The notes below the pieces were generated by a model, which was given only the letters and a program-made list of their open reading frames with translations, was not told where the DNA came from and ran no database searches. From the human T2T-CHM13v2.0 reference genome, Homo sapiens: a stretch of 64,000 nt of DNA. How positions within the stretch are numbered: position 1 is the stretch's first letter; the number at the start of each line of letters is the position of its first letter. The translations under genes and the position numbers were made by a program. This document shows, piece by piece, positions 44,296 to 59,990 of the stretch. Location of the stretch: the NCBI RefSeq assembly GCF_009914755.1, contig NC_060934.1; one strand, written 5' to 3'.

Positions 44296-45918
44296 GTGAT
44301 GAAACCATCTTTGCTTCCTTGCTCTCTTCTTTTAACCAGAACATGCATATGCTTCTTTCTAGTTTATCAGTTGCATACACAGCAGTCTTTGACTCTCCTT
44401 TTGAAGGAGGTGCCTCATCCTTCCTTCAGCCGCTCCCCCCTCCATTCTCCCCACCCCCCTCATCCTGCACCTGCTTTTCCATGGCCTGCATTTGGTACAT
44501 TTGCATTCTGCTCAGTAGCCACAGTAACGTCTCACCACTTTGGCTGGTGTCTGACACCTGCAGGTTTCCAGCACTGCCACCTGGGGGTCTTCTAACCACA
44601 GAGCAGATCATGCCCCTCCTGCTGGCGCTTCCTCACTACTCCAAGGAGAGCATTCGGGCTCCTGGGTTTGGTATGAAACCCCTTTGCAATCGGTGCCAGC
44701 CCATGTGTGCAGCTTCCTCACTAGTCACTTCACACTTTCCAGCCTGACTCCAGGCACACCAGGTGCCACTCCCTGAACACACATGGTCTGTTCTGCTGCT
44801 GCCCAAGGCTCCTGCTGCCTCCTCACCAGGAATGCCCCTCTCTGTCCACAGCTGTGCTTCCACATCCCCACTTCTGTCACTGTGCCCTGCACTCCCTGCA
44901 CCAAGTTCCCACAGCAGCGACACTGTTTCATGGGATCTCCTCAATGGACTGTGAACTCTTTGAAGTTTTCCTTTCATTGTAGTTGGGTTTCTTGTTTCTA
45001 TCCAGTCTCCCTTCTCTAGAAAGCTTTAACTGATCTGCAAGTAAGTGACAGGACACAGAATGACCTACCCTGACAAATAGATTCATTTCAAATGTTTGCA
45101 AACCTGTTTCCTTGTGCAAAACAAAACAGCCTTCCTTTTAACGACAATTTTCATTGGCTTTTTTTTTATTAAGTTTAAATTGGCAACTAAAATTGTGACA
45201 TTCCCCTGAAGTTGACAACACAATCATACTTTGCCCAGAGTAGATTGTAGCTTCTCAAAATTCTACTTGATTGTATATTTTGGAAACTATCATAAACTGC
45301 ATCATTGCTACTAAGTGATTCATGTTTTGAGATTATATGAAAAGTTCTGATTTCTAAGCCATATTTCTTATGTGGAATATTTAACATTTGAATTCAATGT
45401 TTATTGACTTGAAGAAAACAGCACCTTAGATTACCTCTCTTTATTGTGTCATGTTTCTCCCCGCTCCTGGAGCCTGAATTTAGACTAGCCCCCTAACAAA
45501 GGTTAGTACCAGAATTCCCCGATTCTTTCTTGTTTTGAAAGATACCCACGTTTCTGTTGAGGGTAGAGTAGGGGCCAAGGGAGGGGTTGTGAGACACAGA
45601 GAGCCAACATGCCTACTTTCCAGGTTTCCAGCAACAGATGAAACTTTTTGTGTGAAACTGAACTGAAACTGCCCTGAAAAGATTAAAAAATGGAGAACTC
45701 TAAAGGATTAAGAATGACTTAGTCTTGGAGTACTAGGAGCTATTAAACTCCTTCCTTGGAAATCATTAAGAAATAACCTCTTCTATGTTCTTAGATAATA
45801 TCTTCATTGAAGTAGACCAGATAACCTTACAATATTTTGAGTCACTGATTCTTTGCCATGGTAGCTTTGAACACTTTATTTTATCGTCAGATCAATGTAT
45901 GTTTTTTTGCCGTTGCAG

Positions 45919-46539
45919 AGCCGTGTCAAGATGAGAGGGAAGCGTAGACCGCAGACCCGTGCAGCTAGGCGGCTGGCTGCTCAGGAGTCCAGCGAGGCTG
46001 AGGACATGAGCATCCCCAGAGGACCCATTGCACAGTGGGCTGATGGCGCCATTTCCCCAAATGGCCATCGGCCACAGCTCAGAGCAGCCAGTGGAGAAGA
46101 CAGCACTGAGGAGGCCCTGGCAGCTGCCGCTGCACCTTGGGAAGGTGGTCCTGTGCCTGGAGTGGACACAAGCCCCTTTGCAAAGTCTCTGGGTCATTCC
46201 AGAGGGGAGGCTGACCTTTTTGATTCTGGGGACATTTTTTCCACGGGCACTGGATCTCAGTCCGTGGAGAGAACAAAACCCAAGGCAAAGATAGCAGAGA
46301 ATCCTGCCAACCCACCAGTGGGTGGTAAAGCAAAGAGCCCCATGTTTCCTGCTCTAGGCGAGGCCAGCAGTGATGATGATCTCTTTCAGTCTGCTAAACC
46401 AAAACCAGCAAAGAAAACAAATCCCTTTCCTCTCCTGGAAGATGAGGATGACCTCTTTACAGATCAGAAAGTCAAGAAGAATGAGACAAAATCCAGTAGT
46501 CAGCAGGATGTCATATTAACAACACAAGATATTTTTGAG
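45919..46539 (+). CDS. WASHC2C: WASHC2 coding exon ([14 protein letters not shown]...TTQDIFE), second half of CPI motif, phase 0-0
   Basis: tgcag|AGCCGT ... GAG|gtaat, 621 nt; core of ORF 45895..46575. Confidence 0.96.
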
Positions 46540-46959
46540 GTAATAGGACTTAACACGTTTTTGTGTCTGTTCTAAGTTAAGGAAGGTATCTGATTGGCTT
46601 ATTTGAGCCATAGATTATGTCTAGCTTGTTGCGTGCATACCCCATAGCCACTTGCTTAGTAATTATAATTAGGCTCTTTTATTAATAAGTCTAACATTGA
46701 TTCAGAAGTGGTTTTTTGTTTTGTTGCATGTAGAATGTATTTCTTGGCTGGCCATGATCATTGATACTGATCTTGGTTTCTCTAGTTTTTACAGTTTTTT
46801 TATTTTTATAGAATATTGTTGTAATCAGCTTCCTGGGCATGCCACTCGGTGACATGGCATACAGCTCCACTGGTCCAGCTTGGGAGTTTAACCTCTGGTT
46901 CTGGGGACATTGGCCCTGGCTGGAGCTGACAATGTAGTGCATGCAGGCAATAAGACTTT

Positions 46960-47300
46960 CAGTGGCATTTGCTCAGCAGATGTTTATTGAGCACCTGGGG
47001 ACTGCAGGCACAAGGTGAACTCAGAGAAGTGCTAGGCTCCTCAGAGCTCTCTGGGAAGATAATCAAATACAAACAGGGCAATGGATAATTAAGATGTTTT
47101 CAAATAGTACTAAGTGTCATGAAGAAAGTAACCTGGGGCAGAGTGGTGGGTAGGGCTGGGAGGTGCTCCTTTAGGCAGGACTGGTAGAGAAGGTGTCACT
47201 GCAGTGGCGGCATTTGAGCCGGGGTGAGATGCGCGGGCCAAGCTGTGCAGAGATCTGGGGTAGTGCATCCCAGGCAGAGTGGGCAGTCTCGAGGCCGTTC
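46960..47300. mobile_element. L2 fragment
   Basis: catttgctcagcagatgtttattgagcacc is the L2 terminal motif. Confidence 0.6.
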
Positions 47301-47403
47301 CACACACCCTGGCCAATTGCATTTCCATAGCTTGTTGACGTGTTTGAGTTTAAAAAGAAAAATTGATTTAACATTGTTTTGTATGTATTTTTGGCTTAAC
47401 AAG

Positions 47404-47581
47404 GATGATATATTTGCTACGGAAGCAATTAAACCCTCTCAGAAAACCAGAGAGAAGGAGAAAACATTGGAATCTAATTTATTTGATGATAACATTGATA
47501 TCTTTGCTGACTTAACTGTAAAACCAAAAGAAAAGTCCAAAAAGAAAGTGGAAGCCAAGTCTATATTTGATGATGATATGG
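47404..47581 (+). CDS. WASHC2C: WASHC2 coding exon ([10 protein letters not shown]...KSIFDDDM), phase 0-1
   Basis: acaag|GATGAT ... ATGG|gtaagt, 178 nt. Confidence 0.95.
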
Positions 47582-48339
47582 GTAAGTTTGGTTTTCTACA
47601 TCTGACCTAGAGAATTCTTACCTTTCCATCACTTGGTATTTTTCCTGCTACCTTTTCTTGGCCCTTTTCTGGAAAATGCACCCCAGCGGGTTCACTTCAG
47701 TGTAATCCTGAGTTAGGCTGAAGATAGGTAAGAGATGGACTAATTATTTTAGTGAAGTAACTCTTTCCTATGATAGTCATCAAAGAATTTGAAGGCACCC
47801 AGAGTTTGATGTTTAAGTATAATTTAACTTTGATCTCAGTGCACCTCACCAATCATCTGTGACACACCCTGATGTTATGTAAGGAGGTTTGATCAGAAAT
47901 GACCTCACGTGCTAAAGTAGGCTGAGGGGACTGCCTTGGGTGTGATGTGGTTGGTTGAGTCAGAGCTCCAGATGGACAGGGAGTGTCCATGGTTCTGTGC
48001 GAGAAGAGAGCAAGTCTAGACCTGGGTGTAGGCTCTACCTCAGGCGTTGCATTTCACTGAGGTCTTTGGTGTTTGGGAACAAGCTTGTCTTCCTTATATG
48101 GCACAACTTCTGCTTTATTAGTAGACAAGGCAAATGCCCGAGAACCCTAAATATTGGACTTTTGATAAATCCTGTGGGCTGAGGCCACATACACATTTCC
48201 TACTCCCCCCGTCAATCTAGACCTTTAGACTAACTGGGAGACAGCTGGTGCTGCAGAGCCACACACTGGCTCTGTGCCTCCAGCAAGCCGTATGCTCTGT
48301 CTCCCCTGCTTCCCACCACATGGAATGCAGAAGGGAACT

Positions 48340-48790
48340 CATTCATTATTTTAAATACAAAAAAAGTAATACATGCTTATTGTAATAGATTCATGCAATT
48401 CAGAAAATATAAGAAGTGAATAACCCCTAGAGGTAATAGTAACAGTTTGGTGTGTATCCTTTCAGACACAGTGATATTAATATATGTTTGTGTACACATC
48501 AATATATACCCACCTTTTTAAAAAGTAAGAATATATTTACCTATTCTGCTCTGTCTTTTAGTTACTTAATGTCTTTTCATGTCAGTACATAGAGATCTCC
48601 TTCCTTGTTTTCAGTGGTGTGCACGATTTCTTTGTATTTAGCCATTAGCCTGTTGACGGCAATCTCAGTTGTTTCTGTTTTCTTTATTACAAATAATGCT
48701 GTGGTCTTTACCATTTGTGTACACCTAACTTTATGTATACATGTTAAATCATGGTTGGATAAAACCCTAGCAGTAACATTACTGGGTAAG
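48340..48790 (-). mobile_element. L1ME-like 3' fragment
   Basis: aagtaatacatgcttattgt...catgtcagtacatagagatct...ttattacaaataatgctg; boundaries approximate. Confidence 0.55.
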
Positions 48791-49308
48791 TACCATAATT
48801 AGATAAGACAAGCTTTTGAGTCAGTGAAACACTAAAAGAATGCAGTGACGGAGGCTTACAGTCTTACATCGAGATGCCTCAAATCAGTGCATTTATTCTG
48901 AAAGAAAACAGGTGGGTCCTATGTTGGATTTCCCTTTGCGTATTTTTATTGCTCTTTTAAAACCCAGTATGAAAAGAATATCTAAATAAGTCCATTGTCC
49001 CTGATGGTAGGGGCGTGGGCTGGTTTGGAGATCAAGTTACGCTTCCCTTTTTTCTGTCCTACACACGCACATACATACACTTTTGTAGCTGAAGAAATTG
49101 TGCTCCAAGAGAAACCTGTGTGTGATCATAAAATTTAATGAGTAACAAACACAGAACCAGAATCTAAGAGGCTTGAGTTCTAGGTTAGTGTTTTAGGGTA
49201 CTCCATGCTGTTACCAGAGCTGGGTCTTTGGTGGTTTGCTTGCATGTGTCTTAAAAGTACCTTTCTCCACCCCTCTTCAGCAACCGTTCTTCTTTTTTCT
49301 TTCTAAAG

Positions 49309-49448
49309 ATGACATCTTCTCCTCTGGTATCCAGGCTAAGACAACCAAACCAAAAAGCCGATCTGCACAGGCCGCACCTGAACCAAGATTTGAACACAAG
49401 GTGTCCAACATCTTTGATGATCCCCTGAATGCCTTTGGAGGCCAGTAG
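49309..49448 (+). CDS. WASHC2C: WASHC2 last coding exon ([11 protein letters not shown]...[12 protein letters not shown])
   Basis: taaag|ATGAC ... CAG TAG stop at 49446-49448. Confidence 0.96.
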
Positions 49449-49631
49449 AGCACACAGGGTATCCACATGTTACCCTGCAGCTACATTGTTGAGTTAGTGA
49501 TGATGTTGTATATGCTGATGGTCTTAACTGGATTACAAAAAGCAAATACTAGAACAGCTAGCTCATCGTTCACCCAATGTACTTGGTATTTTTCTGCACT
49601 GGTTTAATCATGCTTAATACTACAAAACAAA

Positions 49632-49670
49632 AATAAATATTTCACAGTGGTTGGTTTGTTTTGTTTTTAA
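49632..49670 (+). terminator. Proximal polyadenylation signal of WASHC2 (3'UTR ~200 nt)
   Basis: AATAAA at 49632-49637, then CA and a GT/T-rich downstream element (gtggttggtttgttttgttttt). Confidence 0.8.
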
Positions 49671-49941
49671 ACCACAGTTTGATTTAGTTAGCCTTGCTGG
49701 GGCCATAATATGCTTCAGGGTGTGTAAAAGAAGAAATCTCTTTGTGGCTTTCATGGGCAGGGAATCTCAGAGATAGCAAATGCCACCTGACCAGAAGTCT
49801 TTGTTATATGGATGGGAACCCTAACTTAGGGCTTGGGCAGGGGAAAGAGAAAGAAGATGAGAGATTATACTTCATGAGTCTTAGCAATATGGGAGCAGGT
49901 TTTCACTGAATTCTGAGGGTGCCTCTGCATGTCCTCCAAGG

Positions 49942-50153
49942 CAAAGTTTGGCAAACTGTGGCCCCCCCACTGTCATATTTTGTTAATAAAATTTTATTGG
50001 AACACAATCACATTCATTTGTTTACTTACTGTCTATTGCTGCTCTCACCCTACCTCCAATGTAAGAGTTGAGTGATTATGACAGAGACTGGATGGCTCAC
50101 AGAGCCTCAGATGTTTTCTATCTGCCCCTTTATATACAGTTTGCTGACCATTG
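49942..50153 (+). mobile_element. MER58A
   Basis: ggcaaactgtggccc...aataaaattttattggaacac...agtttgctgacc. Confidence 0.85.
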
Positions 50154-50921
50154 CTCTAAGGCATCCTTTTCCATCCTTGTCTTGTGGAAGCAGCAGAATG
50201 AACCTAGGTAATAGCCGGGGGAAGTGCTGAAGATGGAAATGTCAGCCTCTAGAGCAGCACTGCCCCATAGAACTCCACAGGAATGAAAATGTTCTTTATC
50301 TGTATCGACAAAGGCAGTAGCCACTAGCCACCTGGATGGCTGACCCCATTCTAATCTGTGTTTTTTGGTGCTCTGTCGTCTTGCTGCTGACTATGCAGCC
50401 TGTCACCACAGCACAGTCTTGTAGGCCGCCCAGGTTGGTCTCAGCGATCGTGGAGCTACTTACTTCTTCCTTGGGCACTGTAAGATCGGAAGGGGAATTA
50501 CTCATACCCAGAGTCAAACATTTTGTACGGCTTCCACAGGTCAACCATTTGCCCAAGTCTGCTGTGAGAGTGACGTGATAACAGATAAGGGCACTTGCTA
50601 GTTGGCCACTCCTTTCCCCTATTCATTTTATGCATCTTCCTTCTGTCCTTAGGTTGAGATCTCCGAGTCGCTGTTGTCAGGCAGACTGCTGTCCTCCAGA
50701 TTCAGGCCTGTGGGTCTGGGGAGCCCTGGTTGGTCTTGGAGGAGCAAGGGCTGCGCAGGTGACTTGGTGGCCTCAAGTGTATAGGTACCTGGATGGTGCG
50801 AGGAGATGCTGGCTCTGAAATATTTCCTAATCCCGCTTGCGGATCAACTGCTGACTAGCGTTTAGGTTACAGACATATTAGATGGTTGATGTGATTCTGT
50901 AGCTCGTATTTAGAACTTTAG

Positions 50922-51259
<338 letters not shown>

Positions 51260-51590
51260 TATGTCAACATTTCTAATGGTAGCTTCACATTCTGGATATC
51301 TTTATGTTGGGGAAAAAGTTTTAAAGGTAACTGCTCTTCTGTAGCAAAGCTTTTTTAGAGCAGAGGATGGAGCAAATTCTGAGTTACTGAAATTACGTAT
51401 TCAGTGCTATTGCCTTGTTTACCTTCCATTTCATCTTTGGAGTTGTGTTTTTAGAACTTTTTCAGAAGGGATGAGATAAATGCTTTGGGAATTTATTTAG
51501 AAATCTTTTTGGTGTCATTACTCTTAAGAGCTAGATATATTTTTTAATTGTAAAAAATTATGGAAATACTTTTTTCTCTACCTGCTCCCA

Positions 51591-51890
51591 TTTTTTTTTT
51601 TTTTTTTTTTTAAAGACAGGGTCTGGTTGTGTTGCCCAGGCTGGGGTGCAGTGGCATAATCATAGCTTGCTGCACCTTTGAACTCCAGGGCTCCAGTCAT
51701 CCTCCCACCTTAGCCTCCTGAATGGCTGGGACTACAGGTGTGTGCCATCATGCCCAGCTAATTTTTAAAAAAAAATTTTTGTAGAGACAAGGGTCTGTTG
51801 CCCAGGCTGGTCTCAACCTTCTTACCTCAAGTGATTCTCCCACCTTGGCCTCCTGAATTGCTGGAATTACAGGCATGAGCCACAATGGCC
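51591..51890 (-). mobile_element. AluJ
   Basis: Diverged dimer. Confidence 0.88.
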
Positions 51891-53184
51891 AGCTTCTTTC
51901 TGTTTTCTTTGTTTCCTCTTCCCCTTCTGTTTTCTTCCTTTTTTTTTTTTTAAGCTGTTCTTGCATCATTTTCCATCCCATCTTTAAGTCTTCATTGCCA
52001 CCTCATTTTCCAAGATCATGAGTCCCACAGTATGCTCAGCTAAGCATGACCACACACCATTTCAAGAAGCCGTTCATGGACCCAGCTTTTATTACTGGCT
52101 GGGTCTTTGTTCTCCTGCTGCAGCTTCCATTTGCTCCTCAGCTACCCTCTAGGCATCCAGTCTGGCTTAACCAGATTTCATGGCCTCATTTTGTCCTCTG
52201 CTACAGTGATTTCTACTCCTGAGGAGAAGCATAACTATCTTCTAGAGGGAAACATTTTAGCTTTTGGTTATCAACCTTGGTTCTTTTGGGATATTGGAAA
52301 TTACCCCATTGACTGGACCCAGACTTACGGTGGAAGTTCCAGCACAATTAATGCTGAACGGGTTTATGCTTTTTCTTCTGGCATATAGTTGAATTATCCA
52401 TTCTCATTATAGGTGAAGGACTTCCAAATCTGTTTGTTATCTTCTACCCTCCCCCAGCCTATTATTTTCAGGGTCTCACTATGGAAGAACACTGTGGTGA
52501 AGGAAACAATCCATATTCCTTAGGCAGTTATAGTCACTCATGTCTTTATTTCTGTCATGTGCATTTTGCAGTCCTGACACCTGACTTCTGTTGCTAGAGC
52601 TGCACCTGTGTAGGTACGAGTACTGTTGGCTTCGGGGATACACACGCTGGCAACTCTATAGGACAGTCTTATTTGATATAGCATAAGTATGTTTTTAAGA
52701 ATTCATGTTATCCAAAATTATAAAAGCAGTTGTTTGAATGAGTGAAAGAAAGGGGGTTAAGGTTAGAGAGCTCCATACAAAGTCATATATAAGCAATGCA
52801 GCTTTTTAATTTAGCTTTTATTTAAGAGCAATGACCCTTTACCACTATCACCAGCAGTATTATTAGCCTGGTACCTTGTATTACTCTTAATACCCATCAT
52901 TTTGAAATATGGTGCAACGACACTCAAATGAGCTGCACTACAAGAAACAACTTTCCTTTCTGTAATGCCCTCCCTTTAGGATCACTAGAAGTCTGTACAA
53001 TGCAATGCAGATTCCCGAATTAATGATCTTTCCTATTAGTGTAATTAAAAACTCATATTATAGCAGATTCCTGTATGTGCATGTATGTTATGAGTTGGAT
53101 AAACGTTGGTGGACTTCATTTGGAGTGAATCAGAATGGGATTCCTGTGAGAAGCCAACATCCCTCTAAACAAACTTTTGGAGCA

Positions 53185-53914
<730 letters not shown>

Positions 53915-54119
53915 GGATAACCAAATAGTTATTAATGTCTAAAACTTGGATAATACCTTACCTATAGCACAGGTTTATTCTGAGGATCAATTGAAAGACA
54001 AAAATATCTGTTCTTTCCTTGAACAAAGCTTTAATGAGTACCAATATGTGCAAAACACTGTGCTAGGTGGTAGAGATCAGATGTGCTCCCTTCAGTTTAG
54101 TAAAAAATGAAATTGTTAG

Positions 54120-54430
54120 GGACCGGGTGCGGTGGCTCATGCCTGTAATCCCAGCACTTTGGGAGGCTGAGGCGGGTGGATCACGAGGTCAGGAGATCGA
54201 GACCATCCTGGCTAACACAGTGAAGCCCTGTCTCTTAAAAATATAAAAAATTAGCCAGGCGTGGTGGCAGGTGCCTGTAGTCCCAGCTATTCAGGAGGCT
54301 GAGGCAGGAGAATGGCATGAACCCAGGAGGCGGAGCTTGCAGTGAGTCGAGATCATGCCACTGCACTCCAGTCTGGGCGACAGAGTGAGACTCTGTCTCA
54401 AAAAAATAATAAAAATAAAATAAAATAAAG
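54120..54430 (+). mobile_element. AluY within L2-like sequence
   Basis: AluY diagnostics; TSD gaaattgtta. Confidence 0.93.
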
Positions 54431-54839
54431 AAATTGTTACGGGTGCAATATATGATGTAGGTAGTAGTGTAAAGGGGGTAGGTATAAAAGCTTTGTGGAA
54501 TAGTTGATATTGGAGCTGAATGTTGAAAGGTGATTAGGTGCTTGTCAGGTAACCATGTGTGCACAAGACAGTAAGTAGAGCAGAGCAGGAGCAACAATAT
54601 AGAAGCTGATGTGTTCTGAAGCTGCAGATGCAGATGATTAGAGGATAGAAGTACCAGAGATGTTGCAAGATGAGGTGAGGTAGTAGATGGGTAAAATGGG
54701 GCCGGAATATGAGGTGCATAATCTTGGGAGCATTTCTAAGGAGTCTGAATTTTATTCTATAGACAGGGAGAAGTCATTATAGCGCCTTGAGGCAAGAAAT
54801 AACATGATCAGCTCTACGTTTTGAAAAGATAACTGTGCT

Positions 54840-55725
54840 CCACATTATGTGTCATTAGGGAAATGCAAATTAAAACAGCAGTGACGTACTATTACATGAC
54901 TGTTACAATGGCTGAAATCCAAAACACTGACAACACCAAAGCTGGGGAAGATGGGGAGCAACAGGAACTCTCATTCACTGCTGGTGGGAATACAAAATGG
55001 TACTTTGGAAGATTGTTTGGCAACTTCTTACATATTCTTACTGTATGATCCAGCAATTATGCTCCTCGGAATTTGCCCAAGTGAGTAGAAAACATGTTCA
55101 CACAAAAACCTGCATACAGATGTGTACGGAAGCTTTTTTCATAATTGCCAAAACTTGGAAGCAACCAAAATGTCCTTCAGTAGATGAATGTATAAATAAT
55201 CTCTGTACTATACCCAGACAATGGACTGTTATTCAGCACCAAAAAGAAATGAGCTGTATCAACCCATGAAAAGACATGGAAGAACCTTAAGTGTGTGCTA
55301 CTAAGTGAAAGAAGCCAATCTGAAAAGGCCGTATACTATAAAATCCCGAAATACGTTCTGGAAAAGGTAAAACTATGGAGACGGTAAAAAGTGTAGTGTT
55401 TGCCAAGATCTGAGGGGAGAGAGGAATGAATAGGCAAAGCACAGAGGATTTGTAGCACAGTGTATGTATTCTGTGTGGTACTGTAATGGTGAATACATGT
55501 CATTATGCATTAGTTCAAATCCATCAAGAGTGAACCCTAATGTAAATTACAAACTTCAATTTATGTGTGAAAATGATGTGTCACTGTGGGGTTCATCAGT
55601 TGTAATAAATGTACCACTCTGGTGCAGGTTGTGATAGGAGAAGGCTGTGGGAGTGAGGGGCATATAGGAACATTGTAATTTCTGCTCAGTTCTGCTGCTC
55701 AAAAAAAGAAATCTATTCAAAAAGG
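54840..55725 (+). mobile_element. L1MC-type 3' end
   Basis: tcattagggaaatgcaaattaaaac...gagtgaaccctaatgtaaa. Confidence 0.82.
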
Positions 55726-56091
55726 AGCCTTTTCATGTTTAGACTAACTTAGTTCATTTCCCTCCTTTAGTTCCTTCATTGGTGAGGTTTCATTGCAATG
55801 CATTCTCAAGTCGAACATAAAATTATTTTAGAGCTTTGTGTGACTTTTCCCCTTGCTTAAACATCATTGCGGAATAATGTAAAAATATGATACCCTAATC
55901 TAGTTTTCATAAACTTTTTTCAAAGTTGAAAAAAAAACTAGCATCATGGACAGATGGGTTGAAAGAGTGAACGGCAAGAATCGAGGATCAAAACTAGGCC
56001 ATGAAAATTGCTCAGTTGAGAGCTAATGAAGCCCTAAATTAAGTCCTAATCATTGTAGATGGAGTGGGTGACAGATTTAAACAATATTAAG

Positions 56092-56401
<310 letters not shown>

Positions 56402-57372
56402 TCATATTGTCTAGAATTGGTCATTTCTAGGTGTCATGGGGTTGGGGGAAAATCCAAAATGATTGACAGATCATTTTGAGTGATGGCATGAAAGGCATCT
56501 CTTTACCAAGATGGGGACTACAGGAAAGCAGGAGGTTTGTGGGAAAAATTATAAGTTTTGAGTACATTGGATTTCAGAGGCCTCTGGAATATCATGCTTA
56601 TGGAGTGGAGATTACTAACAAAACCACCATCTTTAAAAATAACTGCTTCTTTAAACATGCTTATATTGTAGTGAGTTCAGTGATATATCCTTTGGTAGAA
56701 AAAATTGTAAAAAAATTATGTATGGCACATTTCTCTGACGCTTGCACTTTCATAGTGTTCACTTTCTGTTCACCTAGGTTTACTTACTGATATCCTTCTC
56801 CCACTCTGAGGCTTTGCCTATCCTGAAATACATCTAAACATTTACCCATGTCAGAAACACTTCCCAACTCATCCTATAAGGCCAATATTACCCTGATACC
56901 AAATCCAGACAGACATAAAGAAAACTACAGATCATCTCTTATGATTATAGACACAGAGATCCTGAGGAAATACTTCCAGACCAAATCCATCAACATATGT
57001 AAAGGTTACGTACTATGTCCAAATGGGATTTATCCCAGTAATGCAAGGTTGATTTGACACACAAAAATTAATGTAATATATGAATAAAAGAGGAAAGAAA
57101 ATCACATGATGATTTCAATAGACACTGAAGAAAGCATTTGACAAAATTCACACCCCTTCATGATTAAAAAGAAACCCCACTAAAATAGGAATAGAAGGGA
57201 AGCTCCCCAACCTGATAATGGTTATCTATAAAAACCCCACGGTTAACGTTATACCTAATGGTTTCCTTCTACAGTCAGGAATAAGACAAGGATGTCCAGT
57301 CTCACCACTTTTATTCAATCTTATACTGAAGGTTCTAGAGCAGGGCAATTAGGCAAGAAAGGGAAATAAGAA

Positions 57373-57656
<284 letters not shown>

Positions 57657-59546
57657 GTGGGGGAGGGAATAAAAGGGCATATAGATTAGAAAGGGAGAAG
57701 TAAAACTCTATTTGTAAATGACATGATCTTGTATATAAAGCTTTTATATAGAAGATCTTTGGGAAGAACTAAATAACTAAATGAACTAAATAAACAGTTC
57801 AGCACAGTTGCAGTGTACAAGATCAATATATTAAAATCAGTTGTGTTTCTATACGCTAGCAATGAGCAATCTGAAATTAAGACAGTGATTCCATTTATAA
57901 TAGCATTTAAAGGAATAAAATACTTAGGAATAAATTTAACAAAAGAGAACAAAACTTGTACTCTAAAAATTGTGAAACATTGTGGAGGTAAATTAGATAT
58001 AAACTGAAAAATAGTACGTATTTATGGATTAGAAGTCTTAGTATTAAGATTGCAATACTCTCCAAATCTACAGACTTAATACAATCCCTGTCAAAATCCC
58101 AGCTAACATTTTTGCAAAATGGGCATACTTAAAATTCGTATGGCAATTCAAGGAGTCCAGAATAGCCAATAATCTAAAAAGAGAAGAACAAATTGGAGGA
58201 CTCACACTTCCTAATTTCAGAACTTACTACAAAGCTGCAGTAATTAAGATAGGGTGGTACTGGCATAGGTAGATCGCTAGCATAAAGAGTCTGGAAATAA
58301 ACCTTCACATTTACAAAAAATGGATTTTTAACAAGGATCCAAGACAATTCAATTGGGAAAGAATGATTTTTCTGACAAATGATACTGGAACAACTGTTTA
58401 TCCACATGCAAAAGAATAAAGTTAGACCCTACCTCTCACCATACACAAAACTAAATTGAAATTGGACAATACACCTAAATATAAGAGCTAAAACTATACA
58501 ATTCTTAGAAAAATATATAAGTCAATCTTTACTACTTGGGATAGGCCAAGCTTTTGAAGTATGACAAAAGAAAAATAGCCAAATTAGACTTTACCAAAAT
58601 GAAAAACTTGTGTGTCTCAATAGATGCCATCAAGAAAGTTAAAAGACAACCCACGAACTGAGAGAAAATATTTGCCATTTATATATCCGTTAGTGTTTTT
58701 ATCTAGAATATGTAATAAAAAAACTCATACAACTCAATAAAAAATCCAATTAAAAATAGACAAAATATGTGAATAGGCATTTCTCCAAAGAATGTATGCA
58801 AATGGCCAATAATCACATTAAAATGATGCTCAGTACCATTAGTTTTTAAAGAAATGGAAATCACAACCACAATGAGATACTACTTCACACCCACTAGGAT
58901 AGCTTTAATCAAAAAGACAGAAAGAAGTATTGGCAAGGGTGTGGAGAAATTGGCACCCTCATTCATTGTTGATGGGACTATAAAATGATCCATACCATTT
59001 AGAAAAATTTGGTAGTGCCACAATTTGCTAAACATAAGAGTTACCACATAACCTAGCAAAGCTACTTCAGAGAGAAAGGAAAACATATGTTTACACAAAA
59101 ACTTGCAGTTGAATGTTCATCTTAGCATTATATGTAACAGCCCAAAATTGGAAATGACTCAAATGCTCATCAACTGATGGATGGATAAACAACATGAGAT
59201 ATATTGCTACAGGGGACTATTATTCAGCAATAAAAAGGAATGAAGTACTGATATATCCTAGAACATGATGAACTTTGAAAACATTATGCTAAGTGAAAGA
59301 AGCCAGTCACAAAAAAATCATATATGATCCTATTTATGTGAAATGTCCAGAATAGACCAATTTGGAGATAGAAAGTAGATTAGTGGTTGCCTAGGGTTGA
59401 GTGGGGGACTGGGGGAATTTGGGAGTGTTGGTTACAGGGTATGGGGTTCCTTTTAGAGGTAATGAAAATTTTCTAAAGCAAATGTGGTGATTGTTGCACA
59501 ACTCTGTGTACATCATAAAAACCAGTGAATTTTAGGCTTTAAATGA

Positions 59547-59886
<340 letters not shown>

Positions 59887-59990
59887 CTCAATAAAGCTAT
59901 TTTTGAAAAGGTTTAACCACCTCACCAGAAAGACGTGTATCATTTGTCCTAGTTTAAGTTCAAGGCCCCCATTTACAAATTTTTCACTGA

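Noticed and set aside
44296-44595. ORF continuing ~100 codons into the intron after the 44083-44295 exon
   Set aside because: Low-complexity pyrimidine-rich read-through, and I saw no nearby poly(A) signal to support an alternative last exon.
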